DNA of 62,260 nucleotides from an uncultured delta proteobacterium (lineage in GTDB: Bacteria > Desulfobacterota > Binatia > UBA9968). The position numbers and the translations under genes are program-made. The notes under the pieces were generated by a model that made no database searches, was not told where the DNA came from, and saw nothing but the letters and a program-made list of their open reading frames with translations. Numbering within the stretch: position 1 is the first letter of the stretch; each line of letters starts with the position of its first letter. Where the stretch lies: the NCBI GenBank assembly GCA_963755715.1, contig CAVWLW010000012.1, forward strand, positions 1 to 62,260, given 5' to 3'. Shown here in pieces: positions 61,423 through 62,260 of the stretch.

Positions 61423-61515
61423 GGAGAGGTGACCGAGCGGTTGAAGGTGCACGACTGGAAATCGTGTGTACCCCTAATAAGGGTACCGGGGGTTCGAATC
61501 CCTCCCTCTCCGCCA
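61423..61515 (+). tRNA. tRNA-Ser(GGA)
   Basis: Acceptor GGAGAGG/CCTCTCC-G-CCA, anticodon arm CACGA-CT-GGA-AA-TCGTG, long variable arm. Confidence 0.95.
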
Positions 61516-61589
61516 TAAAGCGCCGATTTAGTCGAACACAGTGATTTGAGTAAGACGCAGCGAGCGGTCAGTCGAAAGTGCGATATCGG

Positions 61590-61717
61590 GATGTCGATTG
61601 CTGATAGTTAGGTCCTGTGCAAGGCAGCACCGCGAACCCCGTCAGGTCCGGAAGGAAGCAGCGGTACCGGATAAGCTCCTGTGCCACAGGGTAACCTGGC
61701 TGTCAGCAATGGGCATC
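61590..61717 (+). ncRNA. ffs: Signal recognition particle RNA (4.5S)
   Basis: Helix-8 motif GTCAGGTCCGGAAGGAAGCAGC within a long stem ATTGCTGATAGTTAGGT / ACCTGGCTGTCAGCAAT; sits upstream of dnaX. Confidence 0.9.
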
Positions 61718-61790
61718 TCGCGACCCGTGTGCGTATTAGAGCAAGAAGGGTGACAACGGAGTCGGCGATCTCTCTCGTCCGCTGCAAAAT

Positions 61791-62260
61791 ATGTCTTACC
61801 TCGTCATCGCGCGGAAATGGCGGCCGCAAAATTTTGCGGATATTGCCGGCCAGGAGCCAATTACCCGCACACTGCAAAACGCTATCAGGACGAATCGCAT
61901 CGCCCATGCCTATTCTTTACCGGCGTCCGCGGAGTAGGAAAAACCACGGCAGCACGGATTCTTGCCAAGGCGTTAAACTGCGAAAATGGTCCTACCGCTG
62001 ACTCCGTGCAACCGAATGCTCTCACTGTGATGAGATTACCCAGGGAGTCTCTATAGACGTTCTTGAGATCGATGGCGCGTCCAATCGCGGCATCGATGAG
62101 ATTCGTCAAATCATCGAGAATGTCCGTTACCAGCCGGCTAAATGCCGCTTTAAAATATACATCATCGACGAGGTGCATCAGGTCACCAAAGACGCTTTCA
62201 ATGCATTACTTAAAACTTTGGAGGAGCCGCCGCCGTCGGTCAAGTTTATTCTCGCGACCA
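61791..62260 (+). CDS. dnaX: DNA polymerase III gamma/tau, 5' partial, frameshifted
   Basis: [15 protein letters not shown]...[43 protein letters not shown]...[13 protein letters not shown]. Confidence 0.95.

Noticed and set aside
1-62260. Mass pseudogenisation or programmed frameshifting
   Set aside because: Single-base shifts hit even essential dnaX, often at homopolymers, and without accumulated in-frame stops. This fits long-read sequencing error.

Overview
The sequence has many single-base frameshifts, which suggests an unpolished long read. It has two parts. Bases 1-~2632 are very GC-rich and alphaproteobacterium-like (enoyl-CoA hydratase, GPH-type MFS transporter, mazG cut off mid-gene) and are probably joined chimerically. 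The rest resembles a Deltaproteobacteria/'Candidatus Binatia'-type genome (inference from gene content). It is mostly catabolic genes: three LLM oxidoreductases, a ComD/ComE-like ThDP pair, gentisate dioxygenase, a heme-oxygenase-like protein, a Mo-hydroxylase with two large subunits, two UbiD enzymes, M24/M20/enolase/opine-dehydrogenase genes and eight orphan NMT1/SsuA-type binding proteins. It ends in a core block (tadA, two tRNA-Ser, SRP RNA, dnaX). The most unusual structure is 2.8-10.4 kb. There the 3' end of an asparaginase gene occurs three times as diverged alleles (mostly synonymous changes), interleaved with a second ~105-bp repeat and with cargo (toxin-antitoxin pair, RAYT fragment, MEDS, ECF sigma/anti-sigma, nuclease remnant). 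This looks like a cassette-accretion hotspot anchored on a protein-coding gene. Other points of interest: a 156-bp MITE with nested repeats, at least six families of short intergenic palindromes/repeats, a Mo large subunit with the catalytic Glu changed to Gln, a candidate opine-like catabolic operon, an integrase/tRNA-Arg att remnant, and tadA reading into tRNA-Ser.
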